A stretch of DNA of 64,000 bases, taken from an uncultured archaeon. Its GTDB lineage: Archaea; Thermoplasmatota; Penumbrarchaeia; JASLWR01. Both the position numbers and the translations under genes were made by a program. Positions 34,601 to 42,390 of the stretch are shown one piece after another. Where the stretch lies: NCBI GenBank assembly GCA_964342815.1, contig CAYFHS010000019.1, forward strand, positions 10,285 through 74,284, in the 5' to 3' direction. The notes under the pieces were generated by a model. That model was not told the DNA's origin. It did not search any database and saw only the letters and a program-made list of their open reading frames with translations. Position 1 is the stretch's first letter. The number at the start of each line of letters is the position of its first letter.

Positions 34601-35905
34601 ATGATGGAATCGCTGGACCAGAGGCGCTCGGGTTCAGGTGCCGCTTTGTTGCCTGATCAGAAGAACAAACCCTTTTTGGAAGCCGATAAGGAGAAGACCC
34701 TGATTATACCGTACTTTTCTCCTTTCCATTCCACCCCTCTCGAGGAAGCCCTGAAAACTATGGGTTATAATTTTCACACACTTCCACCACCCGATCGGGA
34801 AAGCGTTGACGTGGGACAGAAATATACCAATAACGAGATCTGCTATCCGGCCACCATTGTAATAGGCGATCTGATAAAGGCACTTCAGTCCGGCGATTGG
34901 GATCTAGACAAGGTTGCAGTGGGATTGTCCCAGACCGGGGGGCAGTGCAGGGCGTCGAGCTACCTGTCCCTTCTTAAAAAGGCGTTGTTGTCCGCGGGTT
35001 TCGGCGACATTCCCGCCGTTACGGTGCATTTTTCAGATGAAAAATTGAACTATCAGCCCGGATTCCAGATCAGCAAGAAGAAGCTCGCACGTCTTGGTCT
35101 TTTGGGTGCGTTACTTTCCGATTCCATAATGCAGTTCCACCAGGCCACGGAGGTCCGTGAAAAGAAAAAAGGCAGTACACAGAAACTTACCGAACGCTGT
35201 CTCGATAGAATGAGCAAGATGATCACTGGAGAACTGAAAACAACACACTTGGCCTTGCTGCGTGAGGCGGTTGACGAGTTCAATCGTATCGAGACCCATG
35301 ACGGGGATTATCCGGCAGTAGGATTTGTTGGTGAAATTTACGTGAAATACAATCCTTTCGCCAATTTCCGGATGTGCGATTGGCTGAAGGACAAGGGTAT
35401 CGAAGTGGTTATCCCTCCCATGGTTGATTTCTTCACACAGGGTCTGATAAATACGCGGGAGAACCATAAAGCCAACATTCAACGTAGCAACAAGAATTAT
35501 TTCATGTCCTACCCCGTTCAATGGTTTATCAACTATCATCATAATCGCTTCGAGAAGATCAAAAAGAATTTCAAGTATTACAGGCGAACCCACAAGATCG
35601 ACGAACTGGCAGAGAAGGCATCGAAGATAGTCAGCCTTACCAATCAATTCGGCGAGGGATGGCTGATACCTGCGGAGATCGCCGCCTTTTACGAGGACGG
35701 AATTAAAAATATAATATGCGTTCAACCCTTCGGCTGCATAGCGAACCACGTGATAGGCAAGGGAATCGAAAGAAGAATGAAGGAGATATACCCGGACCTG
35801 AACATTTTGTACCTGGACTGCGACATGGGCTCTTCCGAGGTAAACGTCTTTAATAGATTGAATTTTCTCATCGAGTACGCGAGAGAGACCGTGGGGATGG
35901 TTTAA
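31619..35905 (+). CDS. acyl-CoA dehydratase activase-related fusion protein (two BcrA/BadF/HgdC-type ATPase domains plus a dehydratase-like C-terminal region)
   Basis: Two ASKHA-type activase modules are present (GIDAGSTTAKI...NGNCAGGTGSF and GIDSGSTTTKIV...NEACSSGCGSF). They are followed by about 800 aa of the region usually fused to them (DUF2229/HGD-D-like, from memory). Confidence 0.85.
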   Translation: MTKAVVVKKNKILAGIDAGSTTAKISIQSAEGEVLFSDYRRHLGDIPKTLIDIIMRAKQEMGDIEISLAVTGSAGMGLAERMGFPFVQEVVATASYIRKYHPEVRTLIDIGGEDSKIILFDAEGRPDMRMNGNCAGGTGSFIDQMASLLNVEIGEMNDLAEESGTVQTIASRCGVFAKTDVQNLLSRRISKEDISASIFHAVAVQAVSTLARGYDPGPKVMFCGGPLTFLPMLKKAFLDFLGFTEEDELIPENPLFIPAMGTALYKETPHLEIKLSELGAVIKAASEIDNKVEGRLDPLFTDESEFMDWNAARMVEIGENTDISTLNNKNCFLGIDSGSTTTKIVIIDERSRLAFGYYEGNKGDPVGAVIKGLEKLSRICDDGGIELNIVNSCVTGYGEDLIKAAFSVDMGIVETLGHFRAASKFIKGVSFILDIGGQDMKAIFIENGVITDIEINEACSSGCGSFIETFARSLGYEVEEFARRAAYSKAPSDLGTRCTVFMNSKVKQSFREGATVEDISAGLAFSVIKNCLYKVLKIKDTSVLGEKIVVQGGTFRNPAVHRALELILGQKVVCSSAPELMGAYGAALKALDRWKEDSSMISTFVGMKGIDGARTCEAKHVRCKGCENRCTVTMLKFDPKHLFYTGNKCERYFSNRGADHRRGENLLAYKLDLLFGIQKEPEGEPLATVGIPRVLNMFENYPFWHTLFVESGIKVVLSPPSEQKILELGARTVMSENICFPAKLTNGHIFALAQMGVDRIFYPMVVFEEQEYDDSLNQFNCPIVTSYPDVIRNAIMPDVKFGIPFDTPPVSFGSMKLLKAVCWKYLKGLGVRKKSFERAFREALTAKREFKEKLRKRSSEIIDKARKEGRMVVLLLGRPYHLDQFINKKVPEMIADLGVDVISEDSIPSDSGKGLDDVDVLTQWEYPNRIYAAARWAVTKPGVEVVQLNSFGCGPDALICDEAKTILGRKGKTHTLIRIDEVSSPGSIKLRLRSMMESLDQRRSGSGAALLPDQKNKPFLEADKEKTLIIPYFSPFHSTPLEEALKTMGYNFHTLPPPDRESVDVGQKYTNNEICYPATIVIGDLIKALQSGDWDLDKVAVGLSQTGGQCRASSYLSLLKKALLSAGFGDIPAVTVHFSDEKLNYQPGFQISKKKLARLGLLGALLSDSIMQFHQATEVREKKKGSTQKLTERCLDRMSKMITGELKTTHLALLREAVDEFNRIETHDGDYPAVGFVGEIYVKYNPFANFRMCDWLKDKGIEVVIPPMVDFFTQGLINTRENHKANIQRSNKNYFMSYPVQWFINYHHNRFEKIKKNFKYYRRTHKIDELAEKASKIVSLTNQFGEGWLIPAEIAAFYEDGIKNIICVQPFGCIANHVIGKGIERRMKEIYPDLNILYLDCDMGSSEVNVFNRLNFLIEYARETVGMV

Positions 35906-36027
35906 TCCAGATCATTTCTGTAATGGGATGGATCCCAGTGGCAGTTCTGGAAGATGAATAAAATTATGATAATGAACATGTGTGTATTAGAAAACGGTTG
36001 TTGTCAGTATATTATTCTATATTTATT

Positions 36028-37005
36028 TCAGGGTAATTCAATCATAACCTTTATGCAAATATAATCGAAATATATGACAGGTGTTGAAACGAGTCCACCA
36101 TGATTTTCATACCTTAAATCAATGTCTTCGATATTTATTGTATGCAAATCAAGTCTTTCGGAAATGTCAATCCTTACTTCAATCTCGTTTTCAGTGGAAT
36201 TAAACGAATATCCCGTATCAATAATAGAATCAGAATATATTATTTTTAGTGTATTCAAATTTGAATATGAAGGATCAGTTTTATATTTTATTTGTATTGT
36301 AAGTCCTTCTATCTTACCAGAGAAGGAATCATTGCCAAAATCCGTTACTTGAAGAATATGAGGGCCTAAACCCCCCCCTCCGACATAATAATATATATCA
36401 TCATCTTCAATCAATCTTTGTTCATTTTCTGGGGTGAAATAATAAACACCTATGTTAATCGATTCAGAGTCTAATACTTTTATCAAATCGCTACAAATCT
36501 TATTCAAATTTTGATATCCCTTCTGAATATCGTTATTTCCTTCGATCCATACTCGTGTATACTCCTCTTCGACATCTACATGAAATTTATGACTATTGAA
36601 CTTTCCCTCGACAACCACATTTCCATTATCATCTATCATCTCGATGGGCCTATCAGCTATGCACATACAAAATAAATCCGGATCATTCCCCTTTTTTTCC
36701 AATAATCCTTTCACCAATGGGAACCAGATGTCATTTCCGATGGAACAATTGTAATCATTTTTTATTTCATATAATACTATTTCCGAAGTCCTGTTAAACA
36801 TTTTAGCTGTGATCTCAATAATATCAGTTTTAAAAATGATTGCGAAATCATAGGACATATCAGATGAGTAATTGTCATATTGAATATGGATTTCACCAGG
36901 ATTTGGTATGATTATATCCTCCTCCGACCAAAATACAGAAAACCCAACTATTAGCAGAGTGACGATAAGCAAAGAGGGCAGTAAAACCATTAACTTCTTA
37001 TTCAT
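36028..37005 (-). CDS. hypothetical N-terminally anchored protein
   Basis: 325-codon ORF in a very AT-rich segment with an N-terminal TM (LMVLLPSLLIVTLLIVGFSVFW). No family was recognised. Confidence 0.55.
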   Translation of the reverse strand: MNKKLMVLLPSLLIVTLLIVGFSVFWSEEDIIIPNPGEIHIQYDNYSSDMSYDFAIIFKTDIIEITAKMFNRTSEIVLYEIKNDYNCSIGNDIWFPLVKGLLEKKGNDPDLFCMCIADRPIEMIDDNGNVVVEGKFNSHKFHVDVEEEYTRVWIEGNNDIQKGYQNLNKICSDLIKVLDSESINIGVYYFTPENEQRLIEDDDIYYYVGGGGLGPHILQVTDFGNDSFSGKIEGLTIQIKYKTDPSYSNLNTLKIIYSDSIIDTGYSFNSTENEIEVRIDISERLDLHTINIEDIDLRYENHGGLVSTPVIYFDYICIKVMIELP

Positions 37006-37265
37006 AAATCCTTCCTCGGTAATAAATAATTACAGGTCATGTAGAACAGGAATCCCCTCTTTTAATATTTTATGCGGAATCAGCCCTCCGGCCACTATTC
37101 ATAGACTTCCTTCCATTTACTATTCTGTATAATAAAGTTCATAAAGATAAAGTTTTTGGGTTTAAACCGTATGGCGATGCTGAAATTGCACATAAATTCT
37201 TCGAACTCTGCTAGAATATCCCACTTTGCACTTTGTTATGTCCAAGCTCATTCCTGCGGAAGGAA

Positions 37266-37691
37266 TCAGGGTACGCAGATAGTTTTTACTTCGGGTTCTT
37301 TCCGGGGGCGGGCGCAATGTTCAGCAAACAGGTTAACGCCATGATAAACATACCACGCCCTGAACGAACACATTTTATCTTCAAGACAGATATCTTTCAA
37401 GATTTGATCTGCGCGCTTCCTGTGACCCTTATGATCCAGTGCGCTTAGACGCATTAATTGATACAAAGCGTCATGGACCAGAGACCCACGCATGAAGGTC
37501 TTTGTATCAAAGGTAGGTCCGCTAGGTCCATCCCATGCGTAACCCTTCTTGATAGTTAAAATCCCTTCGGCAGACAATGAGATAAATTCGAATTCTTTAT
37601 GTTCACTTGGCTTGATATCAATTTGAATGACATAATCTTTCATCAACTGATACTTGTAGTTCCCAAGTTCTCTGTAGCAAGCCTTGTCCAT
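37266..37691 (-). CDS. DUF1353-like protein
   Basis: The core KKGYAWDGPSGPTFDTKTFMRGSLVHDALYQLMR...RKRADQILKD resembles the DUF1353 pattern (G-[FY]-x-[WT]-D-G-x-S-x-P ... HD-x-x-Y) as I recall it. Confidence 0.55.
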   Translation of the reverse strand: MDKACYRELGNYKYQLMKDYVIQIDIKPSEHKEFEFISLSAEGILTIKKGYAWDGPSGPTFDTKTFMRGSLVHDALYQLMRLSALDHKGHRKRADQILKDICLEDKMCSFRAWYVYHGVNLFAEHCARPRKEPEVKTICVP

Positions 37692-37865
37692 CGATATATC
37701 CTCCTGTATTGAAACTCTAAGTAATTGTAGAAGTAAAAAAACTTATGTCATAAATAAGTAATTACCTTTAATAACTTTTGATATTTCGGGCCGAAATAAG
37801 AAGAGGGGTCGTGCGAGTAATCGTGTTGTTCCAGTATCTTAGGTAAAGTAGGTTAAGCTATATCA

Positions 37866-37892
37866 TAAAACTCAGCTTTGATGAACAAAGCT
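37866..37892 (-). terminator. hairpin plus T-run about 20 nt downstream of the stop of CDS 37911..40118
   Basis: On the minus strand the sequence reads AGCTTTG-TTCAT-CAAAGCT followed by GAGTTTTATG. Confidence 0.45.
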
Positions 37893-37910
37893 CTCCCCTT
37901 TATTCCATTT

Positions 37911-40118
37911 TTATTTTATTACTCCGTGGTCAGATAACGTGAACCATACCTGGTTCCCATTCATCTTTTCCGAGTTGACGATGCCTTTTGTAGAAAGATT
38001 TCCAAGATGATAGTATACTGTTCGAATGGAGGTTCCGTATTCATCCGCGACCTCCTTTGCGGATGAGCCGGGTTTTTTCCTAATGATCTCTATAATCCGC
38101 CTTTCAGCAGGTGTTAGATTGAATGGGTTTTTCTGAGCATTTGTAGGATAAAAATACCTGAATTTTCCGCCATTCGTAGAGCTTATCATCTTTCCCTTGT
38201 CTAACTTCCCAAGGTGATATGTCAAAGTCCCCCTTGACATGTCCAACTCTCTCTTCATTTCCGAATAATGTTTTCCCGGATTATTCTCAATATATGTAAG
38301 GATGCGCTTTCTGGTCTTATTACCAAGTATTGCCCTGCCTTTTATCCTGCTATAGATAAAAAGTCCCCCGAGAACGAGAACAAAAAACAGACCCAAGTAC
38401 AACCCGATCTCCAATTTTTTGCCACTCTTTTCCTTTACCCATCTGGTCGAATCGCGAGGATAAGCGTCATTTTCATTGGCCACTCCGTCGCCATCCCAGT
38501 CGAGTGGGGTGGAGTTCGGGTCATTCGGGTCACTCCCTGCTTCCTTTTCTTCAGCATCGGTCCAACCATCACTGTCGGTATCATTTTGAACACCAGGCGG
38601 CTCGTTTTGATTTCCTTCGAGAACGGTAACGATAAGGTCATCCATGTCTTTGAGCCCTGTTGCATCCGTGACGGTGAGGGTAACGGTAAAGTTCCCCGTT
38701 TTTTCAAATTTGAATGAACTTTTTACACCACGAAGGGAACGAACATTCCCGCTATAGTAAAAAGACCATGTATAATTTACGATCCCAACATTATCATAAC
38801 TGTCATTTCCGTTAAAATAGGCGGTACCACCCTGAATAATGGTAACGTTGTGGCCCGCTCTTGCAATTGGAGGGGTGCTATCCGCCTCCAATACAGTGAC
38901 CATAAAGGTATCTGTGGCCTGGTTTCCAGCATTATCAAAAATAATCAGACTTATCGTAAAGTTTCCTGTTCTGGTGAACGTGTACTGCGCTGTAATACCA
39001 TACCGAAATTGTTTCCCCCCGTCATCCAGGGACCACGTATAGTTCGTCACACCCACGTTGTCCGAACTGCCGCTGCCGTCGAAGGTTACGGTACCCCCTT
39101 GTACCACAGTAAGGTTCACCCCTGCATATGCCAAGGGTTTTGTGATGTCCATTACCGTGACGACTATCGAATCGGTTCCCTGGTTTCCCGCCACATCAGT
39201 AACTTTCAAGGCAACCGGGAAGCTTCCGGCATTGAAGAAAGAATATCCGGGCGACACTCCGAAGAGGGTAACTAGCCCTTTATCGTTAAAGGTCCATGAA
39301 TAATTCACCAGTCCATTATTATCGGTACTGCCATTAGCTATGAGATGTACCCTGTCTTTCTGGTTGATCGTCCTGTCCGGCCCGGCATCTGCTACCGGGA
39401 GGATAATGTCATATCCGCATTTAGTGTAGTTTAGCTTGGGTGACTGTTCCTTATTTCCAGCAGTATCGTTTGCTATCGAATAAAACCTGTAATGGCCATT
39501 ACCGTCGGAGAAATTAAATTGAAACGTCCATGGTGAAGAATTTTTCGATCCATAAAGAGACCAATCCCCCCAGCTTTTATTATCGGGACTGAATCGATAC
39601 CTTAGAGCCACATCACCTACCGCGGCATTTCCGGGAACGGCGTTCACGGTAATATTCAGGGAGGGTGAGTTGGTCCAGTATGGATAAATAAAATTGGCCC
39701 AGGATCTCGGTCTGATAGCGTTATATCCACATTCCGCATCCTTGAAGGCCGGGGCGTCCTCCCGGTTACCCTGCGCATCATTGGCTACCGAATAAAATTC
39801 ATAATTACCGCTGCCGTTCGGAAAAATAAATTCGTAAGACCACGGCGGTAGAAAGTCTGTTGCAAAGAGTCTCCATTCACTCCATGTCGAGTTGTCAACA
39901 CTGAATCGGTACCAGAGTTCTACGTTTTTGATAATGCTAAGATTGTCCCTTGCCGTAACGGTAATCTCGAACGGAACAACTTCTCTCAAATAAGGGATGA
40001 TGGGATCAACCCATGAGCGAGGGGGTTCATTATCCTGAACAACATCTTTATGCGCATACTTCAATCCACTGTTGGAATAATAACTGACATGAGGGCTGTT
40101 CGAGAGGTCTAATGCCAA
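37911..40118 (-). CDS. C-terminal part of a membrane-tethered regulator: 2 Ig-like modules, 3 PKD domains, TSP3-like Ca-binding module, TM, two cytoplasmic wHTH domains
   Basis: The track start is TTG and there is no signal peptide. Its first residues continue the repeat of the upstream ORF. The PKD pattern is DAGPDRTINQKD...GSTDNNGLVNYSWTF, three times. The Ca-binding module is DTDSDGWTDAEEKEAGSDPNDPNSTPLDWDGDGVANENDAYPRD. The TM is IGLYLGLFFVLVLGGLFIY. The wHTH domains are KRILTYIENNPGKHYSEMKRELDMSRGTLTYHLGKLDKGKMI and ERRIIEIIRKKPGSSAKEVADEYGTSIRTVYYHLGNLSTKGIV. Confidence 0.8.
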   Translation of the reverse strand: MALDLSNSPHVSYYSNSGLKYAHKDVVQDNEPPRSWVDPIIPYLREVVPFEITVTARDNLSIIKNVELWYRFSVDNSTWSEWRLFATDFLPPWSYEFIFPNGSGNYEFYSVANDAQGNREDAPAFKDAECGYNAIRPRSWANFIYPYWTNSPSLNITVNAVPGNAAVGDVALRYRFSPDNKSWGDWSLYGSKNSSPWTFQFNFSDGNGHYRFYSIANDTAGNKEQSPKLNYTKCGYDIILPVADAGPDRTINQKDRVHLIANGSTDNNGLVNYSWTFNDKGLVTLFGVSPGYSFFNAGSFPVALKVTDVAGNQGTDSIVVTVMDITKPLAYAGVNLTVVQGGTVTFDGSGSSDNVGVTNYTWSLDDGGKQFRYGITAQYTFTRTGNFTISLIIFDNAGNQATDTFMVTVLEADSTPPIARAGHNVTIIQGGTAYFNGNDSYDNVGIVNYTWSFYYSGNVRSLRGVKSSFKFEKTGNFTVTLTVTDATGLKDMDDLIVTVLEGNQNEPPGVQNDTDSDGWTDAEEKEAGSDPNDPNSTPLDWDGDGVANENDAYPRDSTRWVKEKSGKKLEIGLYLGLFFVLVLGGLFIYSRIKGRAILGNKTRKRILTYIENNPGKHYSEMKRELDMSRGTLTYHLGKLDKGKMISSTNGGKFRYFYPTNAQKNPFNLTPAERRIIEIIRKKPGSSAKEVADEYGTSIRTVYYHLGNLSTKGIVNSEKMNGNQVWFTLSDHGVIK

Positions 40119-41990
40119 AGATATTATCTTTCAAACCCCTTGGAATCCACTATTTCCTTCTGCCATACGCTGCCGTTCCAGAAAGCATATTTCAAATAAT
40201 AATTGGGCCAGTAATCATAGTAAGCTATATGCGGCCGGTCGTTAGAGTCGACGGCAATGGAAGTATACTCTCCGACATAGCCATTTGAATCCACTGTCTC
40301 AATTATCCATGCACCACCGTTGTGGTGAGCGTATTTCAAGTCCCGGTTGGGAAGGCCGTCGTAATAACTGATATGAGGCCGATTGGCTGAATCCAATGAT
40401 AAGGAAGAGAACGCACCTACAATGCCTTGTGCATCCACGGTCTCTACAGACCATGAATTACCGTCGTAATAAGCATATTTCAGGTCATCATTATTGCCCC
40501 CATCCTGATAACTGATGTGGACATTATCGTTCTGGTCCACCGCAATCGAACTCCACATCCCAACCCGACTCTCGGAATCTACCGTCTCGTTATGCCAGGA
40601 CAAGCCATCCCAATATACATATTTCAGATCGCCTTCGGGCCATTCTCCCACACAGCAACTGAAATGGGGCCGGTCATTGGAATCCAACGCGATAGAGGTG
40701 GAATAATAGGTCTTTATACCCAAAGAAGTAATATTCCAATTATTTCCGTCGTAATAAGCATATTTCAAGTAACTATTCTCCCAATCACCGGTACAATAAA
40801 CGATATGGGGCCGGTCATTTGAATCTATAGCAATGACGCTGGTATTGTATGTATCACCTATGGAATCTACTGTATCCGTATGCCACTGGGCTCCATCATA
40901 ATAAGAATATTTCAGTTTGTCATCTGAACCATTGTAATAGGTGATATGGGGCCGGTTGCTTGAATCCATGGCAATGGAGGAAAACTCCCCATATCGATCG
41001 TCTATCGATAGAATGGTCCAATCGTTGGGAGGATTGTTGTATGCGTATTTTAGCCATGTATCCGGCCAATCGGAATCATCACTATAACAAATATGCACTT
41101 GGTCACTTTCATCTATGGCCAAAGAAAAAAATCCCAAAACCTCGGAATCCTCATCTACTGTCTCGATATTCCATACTCCCCCATCCCAGTATACATATTT
41201 CAGATAAAAATCGGGCCAGCGATCTAAATAAGCTATATGCGGTCGGTCATTAGAGTCAATGGCTAAAGAAGTATGACGATCAACATAACTATCGGAATCG
41301 ACCGTTTCATTATTCCAAACATTTCCATCGTAATATGTATATTTCAGATCATAGTCGGGCCAATACCTGAGATAACTGATATGCGGTCTGTCGTTGGAAT
41401 CAAGAGCGATGGAAGTATAAAACCCCACATTCATCCGCGGATCCGCAGTCTCGTTATGCCACGTATTCCCATCGAAGTAGGCATATCTCAGTTTGAAATA
41501 ATTCCAAACACCGGCACTATACGCTATATGCGGCCGATCGTTAGAATCCACAGCAATGGAATTATAACCTCCCACATCCCATTGGGTTTCAAGTGTTTCA
41601 TTTTGCCACGCTATACCATCCCAATGCGCATACATCAGGTTGCGATCAGGCCAATTACCGATACAATAACTTATATGAGGTTTGTCGTTCGAGTCCAATG
41701 AAAGTGAGGCTGAATCCACATAGATATCTAAAATAGTAATATTCCACGAATTATTGAAGTGTGCATATTTTAAGGATTGATTATACCATCCACCTGTGCA
41801 ATAAGTGATATGCGGCCGGTCATTCGTATCCAACGCGAGGGTTGTGCTATTGTATTTCAGGCCAACATTGTCCACAATTTCGATTTGCCACTGAGCTCCA
41901 TCGTTATAAGCATATTTCAATTTGGAATTTTGATGATCTAAATAACTGATATGCGGTCGACCATTTGAATCAAGAGCTATGGATGTATAA
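40040..41990 (-). repeat. 14 in-frame tandem repeats of about 141 nt (RPH...LKYAY...W units) spanning the junction of ORFs 40124..42202 and 37911..40118
   Basis: I counted 13 D(S/T)xDxPH(I/F)x(Y/C) cores in the upstream ORF. A 14th core (DLSNSPHVSYYSNSGLKYAH) lies at the start of the downstream ORF. Confidence 0.8.
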
Positions 41991-42202
41991 TCACTATAAG
42001 TATCTACCGTATTGATCGACCAGCCACTGGCCTTGACACTGCTTCTGAGGTTTTTTTCACGATTCTGACTGTCAGGATACTCTTTGATATTTGACGATTG
42101 ATCTTTTTCATTTCCAATGATTGGTTGGCCGATTCCAATAAAGATAAGGAGGAGAGCGATCAACAGCCCCCCGATTTGGGATTTTATTTTTATCATCTCC
42201 AT
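40124..42202 (-). CDS. N-terminal part of the same protein: signal peptide plus 13 tandem repeats of about 47 aa (beta-propeller-like)
   Basis: The signal/anchor is IGGLLIALLLIFIGIGQPIIG. Thirteen units of the form S(I/L)A(L/V)DSNDRPHI(S/A)Y........LKYAY.DG..W..E.VD....VG.. follow. The ORF stops in mid-repeat. Confidence 0.8.
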   Translation of the reverse strand: MEMIKIKSQIGGLLIALLLIFIGIGQPIIGNEKDQSSNIKEYPDSQNREKNLRSSVKASGWSINTVDTYSDYTSIALDSNGRPHISYLDHQNSKLKYAYNDGAQWQIEIVDNVGLKYNSTTLALDTNDRPHITYCTGGWYNQSLKYAHFNNSWNITILDIYVDSASLSLDSNDKPHISYCIGNWPDRNLMYAHWDGIAWQNETLETQWDVGGYNSIAVDSNDRPHIAYSAGVWNYFKLRYAYFDGNTWHNETADPRMNVGFYTSIALDSNDRPHISYLRYWPDYDLKYTYYDGNVWNNETVDSDSYVDRHTSLAIDSNDRPHIAYLDRWPDFYLKYVYWDGGVWNIETVDEDSEVLGFFSLAIDESDQVHICYSDDSDWPDTWLKYAYNNPPNDWTILSIDDRYGEFSSIAMDSSNRPHITYYNGSDDKLKYSYYDGAQWHTDTVDSIGDTYNTSVIAIDSNDRPHIVYCTGDWENSYLKYAYYDGNNWNITSLGIKTYYSTSIALDSNDRPHFSCCVGEWPEGDLKYVYWDGLSWHNETVDSESRVGMWSSIAVDQNDNVHISYQDGGNNDDLKYAYYDGNSWSVETVDAQGIVGAFSSLSLDSANRPHISYYDGLPNRDLKYAHHNGGAWIIETVDSNGYVGEYTSIAVDSNDRPHIAYYDYWPNYYLKYAFWNGSVWQKEIVDSKGFER

Positions 42203-42390
42203 TCCTCCTGGACACCTGTTTGGCGGGTGCCGACGTCAGTTGGATTATTTAATTTCTAAACCCTTTCTAATCTCTCTATGCAAATATTGTATATATATGA
42301 AAATTGGTCCAATCTTATCATTGGCAACTTTTTTGCTTCTGTCAATGTCCAATTTCATCGAAAGTTCGACTCCATTCACTTGAAAACGGT

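Noticed and set aside
38541-38593. A diversity-generating retroelement (template/variable repeat pair) as the explanation for the identical nucleotide blocks in surface-protein genes. The same question applies to 42551-42612 versus 45398-45459.
   Set aside because: No reverse transcriptase gene is present in the window. The blocks encode the conserved stalk, not a variable ligand-binding tip. The mismatches between the copies I compared are not confined to adenine positions.
38435-38707. Small ORFs 38435..38707 and 58809..59006 share the peptide FKMIPTVMVGPMLKKRK.
   Set aside because: They are alternative-frame readings of the 53-nt identical block inside the two large paralogous genes. The similarity reflects the DNA identity and not a conserved small protein.
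40116-40133. Programmed -1 ribosomal frameshifting as the explanation for the 40124/40118 junction.
   Set aside because: Frames can only be switched within 40127-40130, and the local sequence (GGG TTT GAA AGA TAA) is not a canonical X XXY YYZ slippery heptamer in the zero frame. I saw no obvious downstream stem-loop or pseudoknot. A 1-nt homopolymer indel is the simpler explanation, especially since two other breaks sit at homopolymers.
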